From Enoplolaimus lenunculus (Eukaryota), in contig JASANG010002509.1 of the NCBI GenBank assembly GCA_030248215.1, forward strand, positions 496,001 through 560,000: DNA of 64,000 nt. The letters run 5' to 3'. This document shows positions 12,850-25,800 of this stretch, piece after piece. The position numbers and the translations under genes are program-made. The notes under the pieces are model-generated. The model was not told the DNA's origin, did not search any database, and was given only the letters and a program-made list of their open reading frames with translations. Within the stretch, counting starts at the first letter, position 1, and every line of letters begins with the position of its first letter.

Positions 12850-15399
12850 TATAATAAGGGTTTCGGTTTAAGGTCTACTATTCAGCTAGCGTCTAGTCAT
12901 TTACAGAAACAAATCGGCTAAAGGATGTTTAGAGGGGCGACAGCCTCAGCTTTTCTCCCTGGAAACGTTTTGTCGCTTGAGGTTTCAGTTGACGGTTTGT
13001 AAAATAAAAAATATCATATTTAACTGCAAGTTGTCTCCCGTTTTTGCTAATTTGAAAATTTTTTGGACAATTGTGTCAGTTCCAATTTAACGTAAGCTTT
13101 ATTACTATTAACAAGAGTGCTTAATACAAGAGTGTGTAACTCTTACTGTTTCGCGTGGTAGAACATGTACTACCGGGCGTTGCGTCTTTGGCCGAAAGCC
13201 CCCTTGCTTAGAGGGGGGTCATTGTCACATGTAATAACACTAAACTAAACTATAAGCGGATCATTTTTGTTGGCGGATACATAAAGTGTCATGGTTCGCA
13301 CCCGGTTGTACTCCCTCTAAATAAAGTGGAGTTGGGCAAAAACGCAACGCGTGCCGGTTACATTCTTATCTACACAGAACGTATCCAGTTGCATACTCTT
13401 GTTGAAGTACGCATCATCCACTCTTGATATTAATAATAATTTAAAAAAAGCACTGCAGACTGAAAAACTAATCTAAACTTTAACTTTACATAACAAAATC
13501 ACAATATTTAAAGCAATCAACCAAATGGGACCGTTGCATCTATAAACATCAGGCGCCGACAAAATATTAGCGATCCAATGGATAAAAATTTGAAAATAAA
13601 AACTGCCGTAGCTCTGTAAGCTTTCTATTTCTAAAAAAGGCTTTTAACCCTTCATCCCTACCCAAAACTTGGTTACGGTACCAAGCATTGAACCATTGAA
13701 CGCAACTGCAAATACTTTTCCTTGTGCACCAGGTGTCGCATGTTAAAAAATGAACTATGCTCACTCAAACTGTCGAAAAACACAACCCGGGTAACCAAGC
13801 CAGCGATTAAATATTGTAATACTGCGCAAGCCAGCTAAATCTCGCTTTTTTTGAAACTTGTAAAATGATTTGTGCCACAACGTCTCTGAAAGTCAAACGC
13901 GTCAGACGTATCGTGCTGAGAGTTATTAGTGTATTTTGTTGCTCAATTTTTAGCAAAAACGTAGTGCAAATCGAAGTATAAAACGAAAAATAGTTGTCAT
14001 GAACAAAAAACAACTGCAAATGGTTTGAAAGTTGTTTAGCTTATTTTAAGCTTCCTGCTGTGTTTTCAGTACACCTGGTTTGTTGTTCAAGAGAGGCAGG
14101 ACTTTACTGCTTACACCATAATTATTGTTTTTGGTTTAACGATCCCCGGACTTGCATGCTTACTCAGTAAAAATATGCTAAATTTTAAATATAACTGTTG
14201 CCGAATTAAAATGTCGGTTTTACTTGTATTATGGTGCTTGGCAAAGTTTTTTACTAAATTTCAAGTAAACACAAAATTATTAGTTCTAAATTTACTTAAT
14301 AATCAACAAAAGACAACAGTTGTTTTACTTTTATTTACATTGTTTCACTAACGATTTACTCAATATACAGGAAATTTGTACTTAGACACAGTGTTTGTAC
14401 ACAGACAGTTTCGGTGCCAGCCAGTATCTCAACACACGTTTGTCATTGTCAAGAAGCCCAAATGGCCATTTCGTTAGGGGTACCCATTTTGCCGTGGGAC
14501 TACAATGCTACACGTAAGCTTTAGACTCAATGGCGGATCCATGGGGAGCCACCCCGGCCGTGGCCCCCCAACAGCATCTCGACAAAAATTATATACCAAT
14601 TTTGTGACAATAGTTCGTGGTTTGTGTATGGGTCAAAAGCAAGTTTATTACCTGTGAAATTTTGGCCCCCCATTTTGAGATCCTGGATCAGCCACTGTAG
14701 ACTAATTATTTTGCATAGGCTTCAGGCTTAGTTTTAGGCCTATTGTTCACACTGAGGCTTAGGCCTACGCTTATGCTTAAATTATATGCAATTACGCATG
14801 CGTCCATAAATATGTCAATAGCTGAATGCTAATATGAAGATTACGGCTGGATCCCAAGGATGTGTGCACTTTTCCGGATAAAACCCTTAAATGCTATATA
14901 TATGATCTTCATCAGGTTCGTAGCCAGTTCACCTTGCTAGGGAGGTGGCTAAAAAAGTTTCAGGACGGGCATGCAAGGGTTTTTAATGAATTACAAGTAA
15001 TGTTGATCATTTTCTATGTGTAGCTAAAAATTTTTCCAGGGGCCCTGAGCCGTCCTACGCTCCAATTTGTGGCTGCGGGCCCGATTATTCTATTCAATGG
15101 CCACATATGTAGCCATTTTTTCAAGTATATATAGGAAATGCGGCTGAAAAACGTGTTAAATATATCGTACTTAATATTAACGAAACCTTATTCGCTACTA
15201 AAACAGTATACTATAACCGTATACGCAGGTAAGAATACAGACGTAAACGATAAAGGTATCAGGCAAAACATTTTATATTATAACCTTGAACCTAAATATG
15301 ACTCGCAAATTATATTATTAGAACTCTAACCAACTCTATTCTAATTAATGTATAGTTTACGTAAACATCTGCACCAAAAATAAATCACCTGAGGTTTAA

Positions 15400-15591
15400 C
15401 CCTTTCACTCATAGAGTATACTTTTATGCGCAGTGTAAAATCTCCACAAGTGAGAGTCCCCTATGGCTTGAGCGTCAAGCTCCTATAGCTCAGTGGTCAT
15501 CGTGAACGCCTCCCACCCGTGAGACTGAGGATTGAATCTCACCTTGAAATTACATCTCATGTGAAATTGCAAATATTCATGTGAGAAAGGG
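15400..15591. mobile_element. piggyBac-like MITE carrying a tRNA-derived segment
   Basis: TTAA-ccctttcac ... gtgagaaaggg-TTAA; internal TAGCTCAGTGG A-box. Confidence 0.75.
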
Positions 15592-16187
15592 TTAAGGTAA
15601 ATTTTGAGCTGTTTCACAATTTAAACCCTGATTTATACGAGACGTATGCGAGATTGACTACGATGATGAAATTTGCGCAAAAAACATCATAAATTGATAC
15701 TGAATGAAAAATATCGTTTAAATTTGAAAGAAATGAATTCGAATTGAAGGTTTCATTCATTGTAATATACTACAGCGTGTCCTATTAAGTTAAGTAGGTA
15801 TCGACCGCTATACAACTGACGAATGGTGAAAGGAACGCCAATAACTCTTAGAAAACCGTATACACCGTTTGTAATTAAAACTAAAATATTTCTCCAGTTT
15901 GAGAACATTGGTTCAGGTTTGACTTTTACCATCTGGTGCGGTTAAACTTGCGCGTTGAGAGTGAAGATTTCACGTTGAGCTGAGAAACGTAAATACTGGC
16001 CCATGTACAAATTGCGCGCAGAACGTTTTTCTGTATTAAAACTGCAATAGAGTACGTTTAAGCTTTAAACTATTTTTTTGCTAAACGGCTTACGGTTAAA
16101 GGTTAGGCTTACGAATATGTTAGTACTACTTTTACATCCCTGTTCGATATATTGGCCGTATACCAGTGGCTGCAAATTAATGACCCG

Positions 16188-16435
16188 GGCCCATGTATAG
16201 AACAGGGCTGGAACAGTAGTATAAGTATATTCCTAAGCCTAAGCTTAAGCCTAAGCCTAAGCGTAGGGATGAGCCTATTCCTAAGCCTAAGCCTAAGCGT
16301 AGGGATGAGCCTATTCCTAAGCCTAAGCCTAAGCTTAACCCTAAGTAAGCCTAAGCAAAAAAATAGTCTAAAGCTTAATCTGACTCTATTATAGCCCCTC
16401 CGGAAAACGATCCGGCCCTGTTCTATACATTGGCC
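16188..16435. mobile_element. Telomere-repeat MITE (subfamily with tgtatagaac TIR)
   Basis: TSD atgacccg/atgatccg; an adjacent degenerate copy lies at ~15998-16157. Confidence 0.85.
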
Positions 16436-19428
16436 ATGATCCGAATGCCAGTAAATAAATAAAAAATTAATATATAATCATTTAGAGACGCACTCAAAAC
16501 AATATTTCTATATTTAAGAAAAAATTGCTTACATTTAAGAAATATAATTAGCAAGGCGCACTTGAAAAGTATTCTAATATAACAGAAAAGATTTCAGAAA
16601 AGTTTTGAAATTAAGTCTGAAGATAAACGTTTTCCAGCTATTTTTTGAAAAATTGTCTTAAATCTCAAAAAAATTGTCAGATTCGCCGCAGAAAATACTT
16701 TCGTGAAAAAATTCAGAAATACTTTTTTATGTGCGGAACTGTTGATATTAAACAGTTTGCCGCTGAGAAACAAAACAAAATATTCTAAATATGTGATGCT
16801 CAAGACGAAAAATCAGGCACGCAAAAAATGCTTGGAAAACAAAAAAATATGCAAAAATCCTGGCTCATGGACAAAGGCAGCTCTCAGTAGTTAACTGAGA
16901 GAATAGGCTAATTTTTAAATACCAGATTCGTGATTATTTTGTTATGATCGCCAATGTAAAGATCAGGGGCGGAACGTTTTTCTGTGGGACTGCAATAGAG
17001 TAAGCTTAAGTTTTAGACTAATTTTTACTTGGCTTAGGTTTAGGCTTAGGCTTTGTAGATAACGAAATTTCTTAGAAATGACTATTCAAGAATTAAACGT
17101 GGTAAAATTTTGTAAACTCTTTGGTTATGAAATTTCACTGCGCGAAAGAATTTCAATTCCTATACGCCTCCTATTTTATATGTTTTCAATTCCTGAACAC
17201 CTAGTAGTGCAAAACGTGGATTTCTGGAATTGAACAAAAACGTGAAATTGAGATGTGGAATTGACGCCAAAATTTTCCACCACCCCACAGTTTTAATTGT
17301 GGAGCATGCATTATGCTTAGGCTTAGGCTTAGGAATATGCGTATAATACTATTCCGCCCCTGTTCTTTACATTGACCGTTATGATTATAACAAATCAGAA
17401 ATATAATGGCGGTGTCGCTGTGTCGCATAATTATATATCATATTTAGTACAAAGATGAACCGACAAAGACTACACAGAATAGTTTGCTAAAACAGACCTG
17501 GAAAATATTATATTCTGAATTCAAAAGCAGGTAAAGAAGAACTACATAGAGCCGAAAAATTTACAATTACGTCTCTCAGGGCGGCATAATCAAAAATAAT
17601 TTAACTCATATACATCATTTTATTGCCATTTTTAAGCAAAGGCTTAATCAGAAGATTACTTAAAAGTATAATCCTTAGGCCTTGACTAAGCTTAAAATTA
17701 AGTCTGAGCCTAAACATTTTAAATTGGAAGAAAAACTATGCTTGCAAGAGCCAAGCTGGTAGGAAAAATTTAGTAACACTGTAAATTTCACTGAGTTGAT
17801 TTTAACTCAAAATGATTTGAATCACGCGGTCTGAGTTAGGACTATCAGAACTCACAATTTGGAGTTGATTAAATTCATTCTGAGTTAATGGTGACTGATA
17901 TTTATTGGACTTGTCCAGAGGGTACGGTACACCCTGTTATTGCGTTACGAACTGTTAATTATTTTTAACCCACGTTCCCCAGCCTTTGTTACTGAAATAT
18001 ATCCGGTACCGCAATTAACCGTTGAATTAAACGTTTGGCTTGTATTAAAAGCATGAGCGATAATGCAAGGTTGTACTTAGGAATGTACTTTCAAAACTTA
18101 ACGCTACAATTTAAAGGTTCGTACTCAAATTATTTGGATCTCGATTCGCTTATGCGCTACAATTAGAACAAACGTAATCGGGGCCTAAATTTAAGCCTAA
18201 TCGAATTCCAAACGTCGACAACTTTGTGCGAGAACTCATGTTTGCTTTTGTGAACGCAAGCATGACGTATAATACTTGGATCCAATGCTCAACGCAAATT
18301 GACTCGTTAGACGTGTATATGTTTGCTGACTTTCAAACGTTTTCAACGCGAAATACTGTTCAATTATAATACGTTTAAACGATTATTTCAAACAATTTAA
18401 ATATTTAAGCGCAGGCCTGGAAATTCATAATGCAGTTTCAAAACACACTTGGGTACCAACAACCGTTTTAGTCTATTTTATTTTGTGAAACCTACCACCA
18501 GTGGAGATTGTCAACTGCTGTTGTGAAAGATACTTTTTGTATTTTGAAATTTTACGAGAATCAAAATTCAACAAGCATTCGTAACATTTTTTACGGATCG
18601 AAATGATTCCAACGAGTATCAACATTATGACATTTACAATTGGTTTATACTGAAATTGACTGAGTTTCCAAAACCCTAGTAAAAGTACAACTTAGTACTT
18701 AACTACGGGCTAAGTAATTACTTGAACATTTTGTCGTTTTTAAAAGCGTACTTAAGTTAACTAAATGCTTAAATCGCTGACTAAATTTGGTATATTACCA
18801 AGTAACCGTTGAAGCATACTAAGCTTGGTTTAATTGAAATTGAATACTCATTTAGTCTGCGTAATATAAAGCGAAACTATTACTTTCTTGTTATGATAAT
18901 TGTTCACATAGGCGTTTGTTTGTTTTTGTTCAAAAAGTTAAGTAATTCCTTAAGTATAACTTAAGTAAATGTTTAAGCTGCTGACTAAATCTGATACATT
19001 ACAAATTAACCGATCAGATATACAAACTTTGGTCCAACTGAAATTGCAGATTCGTGGTGCCTCCTTAATATAAATCAACACGATTACTTTTTAGTGATGG
19101 CAAAGGCTCACATTCGGCGTTTACCTGTTTTGTTCGAAAAGTTAAGTATTTACTTAAGTCGCTGACTTAAGTAATTGCTTAAGTATAACTTAAGTAAATA
19201 CTGAACAAAGATTTCAGAAACCCAGCCAATATGTACCTACCTATCCTTAAATTCTTGGAAGAATTCGAATATATTCTTCTGCTAAAGACTAAAATTGTTT
19301 TGTTGCTCGCTCTCGCTGCACGCGAACATAAAATTATTTTGTTTCCTGTAAGGTAAAGGTGTACTGATGTCATTGAAAGCCTATCACGAATAATTTACAT
19401 CGCGAGTTTTTTAATGTATAACAGTAAT

Positions 19429-19690
19429 GGCCAATATAAAGAACAGAGGCGGAACAGTATTATAAGCATATTCCTAAGCCTAAACCTAAACCAAAGTGTA
19501 AGAATTAGCATGCTCCTAAGCCTAAGCCTAAGCCCTAACCTAAGGTGTAAGAATGAGCATATTCCTGAGCCTAAGCGTAAGCCTAAGCCTAAGCGTAAGA
19601 ATGACCGTATTCCTAAGCATAAACCTAAGCCAAAAAACAATAAGTCTAAAGCTTAAGCTTACTCTATTGAAGTCCCACAGAAAAACTCTC
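19429..19690. mobile_element. Telomere-repeat MITE, right end truncated, just 3' of the nAChR gene
   Basis: Left TIR ggccaatataaagaacagaggcggaac followed by (GCCTAA)n blocks. Confidence 0.75.
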
Positions 19691-19717
19691 CTCAGCATTG
19701 TCGTCCAACACTTTTCA

Positions 19718-19856
19718 AACCCACAGGAATTTTTGACAATTTCACATCTCACAATCCGCAGGAATTTTCACAATTTCACATCTCACAACCCACAGGAAAT
19801 TTCACAATTTCACATCTCACAACCCATAGGAAATTTCACAATTTCACATCTCACAA
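19718..19856. repeat. ~33-bp tandem repeat x4 immediately 3' of the nAChR stop codon
   Basis: caatttcacatctcacaacccacaggaaatttca units. Confidence 0.85.
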
Positions 19857-19870
19857 CGGTCATTGAGTGA

Positions 19871-22800
19871 TCAATCCCGGAGTCGCAAGTCGCGTTGAAA
19901 TATCACCAGAACGCTCGACAAAACAGTGATAAATATAAACGCAATCAGTAACGCTCGGTCGATAACAAGCGCAAGTTGTTGCCATTCGAGGCGAATGCTG
20001 TCTTTATGATCTTGTGTCAGTGATCTTTCCTGTACAACAATTGGCAGCGTTTTATTACAACGACAAAGTGCATTTCTAGCATTGGATACTTTTAAATTAG
20101 TAAAATACTGTACAGGAACGTAGCCAGCTCAATATGGTAGAATCAGGAGGGGTACGCATGGATTTTAATGGTTACAAACTAGGTGGGAACGTTTCTCTTG
20201 GGGTCGGATTTTTTTGGGAATATTAGCCCGTTGCCTCACCTGTGGCTGATGGCCTGACATCGGCTCACGTTGTCTTACCTCGTTGCGATTAATCGAACAC
20301 TGAATTTTTTCGAGCACATGAATAAAGTGTTGTTCAATGTACGGTGACGGCACGCCAGCACCTGCTCGCTGTTGAATACTTGAGCCAATCAACGGACGAG
20401 CACTTGCGAACGACCCGAAGCGTGCTGGATTACCATTGGACGATGCAAAGTTTGTTGCAGTTGAATTCAAACCGGCCGCCAATGGCGATTGAGCACACGA
20501 CGGTGACGTTGATTTGAAGCCACGTGATTCGCTAGTTTGATCTTCACTGCCGCTATCGTAGTTATTGTTTGCGTCGTGGTACATGCTGGATAACTTTGAT
20601 TCACGATTAAACAACGGATTCGTTTGCGACCATTCGAGATCTCCGCACGGCTGAAAACTTGGAACCGGTGCAGTTTGAGCAGTTTGAGACCAATGAGTCG
20701 GATTTGGATTTGCTGGTAACTGCCGATCGTTTGGAGGACCCTCAGCCGTAACAAAATGCCGTCCACGCTGATTTCCTGCTTGTGATCGAGGCAAACTTTT
20801 GCTAACGTTAATTGGCATATGATGATTACGGCAACGTGTATCGGTGCTTACTTTGCGACGCTGCAGTTCAGAAGACACCGTTCCGCCTGGAAGAAGGTCG
20901 CCGTTTGGAAGACTTGGACGTGGTTTTGTTGGTTCGGCAGGGTGACAGTTGCCACCTGGCTGCGCTGTTCTTGCGCGTTGATCAGCCGCAAATAGAGCAG
21001 TTGTCAACGGTTCGAGTTCGTCTCGTTCGCCGTTTTTCAACAACTCTGGTGATCCTCGCTGTATCATCAAAATATACAACAACAACAACAACGACAACAA
21101 CAACAACAACAACAACAATGATACTTATTGGGTTAAGTTTAATGTCAACAACCAACCTTAAAACATTCAAACTGTCAAGTATTAACCCCTTCTCACATTG
21201 AGTTGCCTGTAGGCAACTAAGCGCAGTGTATATACGTTAAATAATGTATATCGCACCGTGTTTAACAATTGCAACACGTATACATAGTACTAAATCACCA
21301 CAAGACGTGAGAGCCCCCTCGGGCTCGAGCGTCAAGCTCCTATAGCTGAGTGATGATGGTATACGCCTCCCACTCCAGTCACTGGAGTTCGAATCCTAGC
21401 ATAAAAGTAGGTCTCAGGGGAAATAGACAATATTCATGTGAGAAAGGGTTAAGCAACTAAAAATTGTACAGATAATTTTTAATCTTCGGTAAATTTCACA
21501 AATTTTCGTTTACAGCAATTAATGAAACAAAACCTGGAAACACGAGAAAAATATTTTTTGAAATCAGGAAAGACATTGACGTAAAATCGACAAGAATAAC
21601 CGAAAAGAGTCGTTTTTTGTACATTTTTTATTATAGTATATATGTCGTAGACCAGTCTGGTATTCAGGCTAATTACCAATTGACCTAGGCGAGTCTGTTA
21701 TTCTTAGCAAATAGCCAATTGGCCTAGGCGAAATGGCGATTGTAAGATATAGCAAAACAACAGCGTTGCGAAGCCAACACGAATGGGTTGTCGGTATTGC
21801 GCCTGTCCAAATAATCAAATCGGATTGGTCTATAAGCTTTATAGCAGTTTAGCATAGGCGAATCGCTATTACGGAAAATAACACATTGGCCTAGGCCAAT
21901 TGGTAATTTAGCTGGAATAGCAAATTGGCGTACGACATATACAATAATGTAACCGAGTTAGAGGGGTAAATACTACATACACCACCCAGAATTATGGCAT
22001 TTTTTTGTAAAAAATGAAAAATATTTCATAAGAACAAGTGTACCACGTGATTTGGAAATTCCATAAATCAATAAACCTAAGATTCAGAACCAGCATCTAT
22101 TTTATGTTCCCAAGACAGCGTCCGTTGGTTTAGATAACAGTTAAAAATAATCAAGGCCGTATACTCAAATGGCTATTAATATCAGTTAGCGGCAGGTTTC
22201 AAACAATGGGATAACTCTTACAGAATGTTAACCGTCGTTCTAATATCCTGATTCCGCCACTGACTACCGGATGTTACATAAAAACTACAATAGATCAATC
22301 ATACCCGATTTCGATACAGTAACGTTGTACCAGTTGCATAATGATGCGTTGTAAATACGGTCCGTGGTTCACTGTAACATAACGGACTATGCTGAGCGGC
22401 AGAGGTTGGCACAACTGCGGCCCGATTGGACGAATGTCGACGATTGCAGCCGCTGAGGCGGTGTCCATGATGCGGCCGGCATGTACAGTGTGAAATTTCA
22501 CGCTCGGGCCCAATATTTGGAGGCACTAAATCGACACACATAACTCGAGACAAGTATCTGAAGATGAAAATTCGCAACAGACGTGGAACTCGTTTGCCTC
22601 GAATGCCTTTATGATGAATGTTCAGAGTGAAAACGGTCATCGCTGTTGCGCAACTGACCAAGCATATGGTCACGCCGTAGTACATGCCTGAAATTGTAAT
22701 TTTCAAATGCGCTACTGTGTCTGCGACTGGCTCAGGCACGTATACCTGACATTGCTAATAGAAGAGCATGTCTGACGTACTTCCCAGCCGGAACCGGAGG

Positions 22801-25800
22801 CGCACTTTCATCGCGCTTCCCAAAATGAGAGCGCTTAAAACACATGGGTGAAAATTATATTTCTCTAATCGAAATTTTTTATTTTTGAATTACTGGTTCC
22901 GGGTCACTTGAAGGCGCGGGACCTGCCTCTGATATTAGGATCCGCCCCTGTACAGAAAGTCAGGTTGATTTAAAGAGGGCCAAGAAATTTTTTCTACAAC
23001 ACAATTTTCTTAATTCGATTAATAGTGCATAATACAAGAGCGTGCAATTTTTTTGGGATCAGCATGGTACAAAATGTACCACCGGCCGTTGCGTTTGTGG
23101 CTGACACCCCCCTTGTTTAGTGGGGGGTCGCTATCACATGAATACCTCTAAATTAAACAATAAGAGGACTATGTCTGACGCCGCATGCATAAAGTGTCAT
23201 GGTTCGAACCGGTTGTGCAAAGAACGGGTAGGGCAAAACGCAACGCGTGCCGAGAACATTCTTTTCTACACAGAATGTGCCCAGTTGCATATTGTTGTTG
23301 AAGTATGCATCATCCACTCATGGTTCTATCGACTGATTTTTTTGGCAAGTGGCGACGAATCAAATAACGAGAGAAATTTTGCAATGATGTAAACTAAAAA
23401 CGGGACAGGTTCTAATCTACGAACGGTTCACCAGCTATCAGATTTGCAAGACTATCGTTCAACTAAAGTTATTAACAATATCCGTATTGTTAGGCGCTGT
23501 TCGATCTTACCCTGACAATGGCATGTTCAATTTATATATACCGATTGGCATACAATAATTTAACCATACTTCGCATTAATATCATTTTTATTGTTGCATT
23601 ATTCATATAACGTACGTAACGTTTCCTAAAGCCCTATTCACACGCGCAAGTTTTTGTTGTAGCGAAAACTTGCACATGCAAATTGTATTCGCAAGTTTGG
23701 TCATAAACCAGGTTTGAAGTTCTTGCATCTGTCAATTATTCACTGGAATTTATGCTATTTTATCTAATTCGCAACCTATCAACACAGTTGCAACAATTTC
23801 TTGCACCTGCAGTTTGATTGGTTAACCGGAATGTTCCTTTAAAAATACTTGCCGCTGCGAGTACTTCGTACAAGTCGCTGCTGCGAGTACTCGCTGCAAA
23901 AACTGGCACGTGTGAATGGGACTTAAATCTAATTTGTTATTGCAAATAACAATTAAAATAAACTAATGAGCTTTTAAATTTTTAAAATGGAACATTAAAG
24001 TTTTATAAAAATTGCCTAAATCAGGATAACAGTTGCCTGTCCATGATCCATTCATTGCCAAGTCACCAAAGATTTGTAGGAATAAATGAACGAATTTAGA
24101 CAATAACGTCATTACATATGCAAACGGTCATTACTTACCAATCAGCGGCAGGGCATCAGAAGTTGGAGGCATATTCTCTGCAACAAGCATCATAAACACT
24201 GTCAAACTGAGCAATGTTGTGATTCCCAGCGTTACTTTTTCGCCCGACTCGGAAGGCATATAGAACCCCAACAGTGCAATACCGGTAATCATTACGCAGG
24301 GTAGAATCAAATTGAACACGTAGAACAACGGTTTGCGATTAATGCTAATCACAACGGTTATATCTGGATACGGCTCCTCGCAGCATGAATATTTGACAAT
24401 GTGTTTTTTGGCAGAAATTTTAACCAAATCAAATTCAGTGCTGACCAAATAGTTTGAGTCGTCGCCTTCTTCGGATACAAGGACCAGGTCGATAAGACTG
24501 CCGTCGAATGCCCATGATGCAAATTTGAGCGTACAAACCTGAAAATTTGAAAATCAAAACAAATTAAATGATTTGACAACATTTCAAATAAAAATGACTA
24601 TTTTTTGTTTAAAGCCCTATTCACCCGGTCAAGTTTTTGCAGCAAGTGCAGTTTGCAATGTGCAAGTTTAGCCACAAAGCAGGTTTCCAGTGGAGTCGAT
24701 GATGTATCAAACGATCGGCTCGTACAAAGATCACGGGTGGTAGGTTTTTCTTTGGGACTGCAATAGAGTAAGATTTAGCTTTAGACTAATTTTTAGCTTA
24801 GACTTAGGCATAGGTATAAGCTCATTGTTATGCTGAGTCTTAGACTTCGAAATACGCTTATACTACTGTTACGGCCCTGTTCTATACATTGGCCAAAGGT
24901 TCTCGTATCAGTGTCCAGCCACACAAAGTGATTATCGCATTTGTAACAGTTTTTAATAAAATATACAAACGTTTATTAGCAAATTCCAAGCGGTTACTTG
25001 TTCATCAAACGGATAATATCGAACATTCATTTGGCAGGAACTTTTAAGTATTGCGGCCGATAGCCAAGTAACGTTGCCCATGTAATTTACAAACACATCG
25101 GTACTCATTATAGCGGTGTTGTACTGTGAATCGGCACTAAAATATAACATAAAATTGGCCAAATTTCGGCCCATGTTACTTTTAGGGTCGTCCCGGTTTC
25201 TGGTGGGTCTGTAAAAGAGTAGGCTTTACATTCTAGGCTACATTTTTTCATTTAGGTTTAGGCTTAGGAATACGTTTTTGCGACGTTTAGGCTTTGGAAT
25301 ACGTTTTTGCGACGCTTAGGCTTAGGCTTAAGAATACGCTTAATCGACTGGTACGGCCATAAAAGTAACATTTTTGGCCAAAATTGCAACGACATTTTAT
25401 TCACAGTGTTGGCACATGTACTGAAGGGGTGACTCCCAAAACCCACGGATATTAACAGGCGAAATTGGGTTTTTTAAAAAAATTCGGATATTACCCGGGA
25501 AATTGGAATATTACCCGGGAAATTGGGATTTTGGGCGCAGCCGGTTTCGCTCGGGATTTTTGCAAATTCGGATATTACAAGAGAAATTGGGAATTTCGCA
25601 AACAGGGATATTTATCCAGGAAATTGCGATGGACCCGTTCCATACATGGACCACAACGTTTATAAAACACGCTTACCGGCCTACTAATGGTGCAAATATT
25701 AACAGCAACAACAAATAAGATGATAAAAATTAACATATTCCTATCAAACCAAGCGAAAACAATGTTCTGCTCCAAATCATAATAGCAGTTTTATGCTCAT

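Noticed and set aside
20812..21201. Plus-strand 129-aa ORF with poly-Thr, and the poly-Leu start of ORF 20165-21118
   Set aside because: Antisense shadow of an nAChR exon plus the (CAA)n microsatellite; the true exon starts at the acceptor at 21058.
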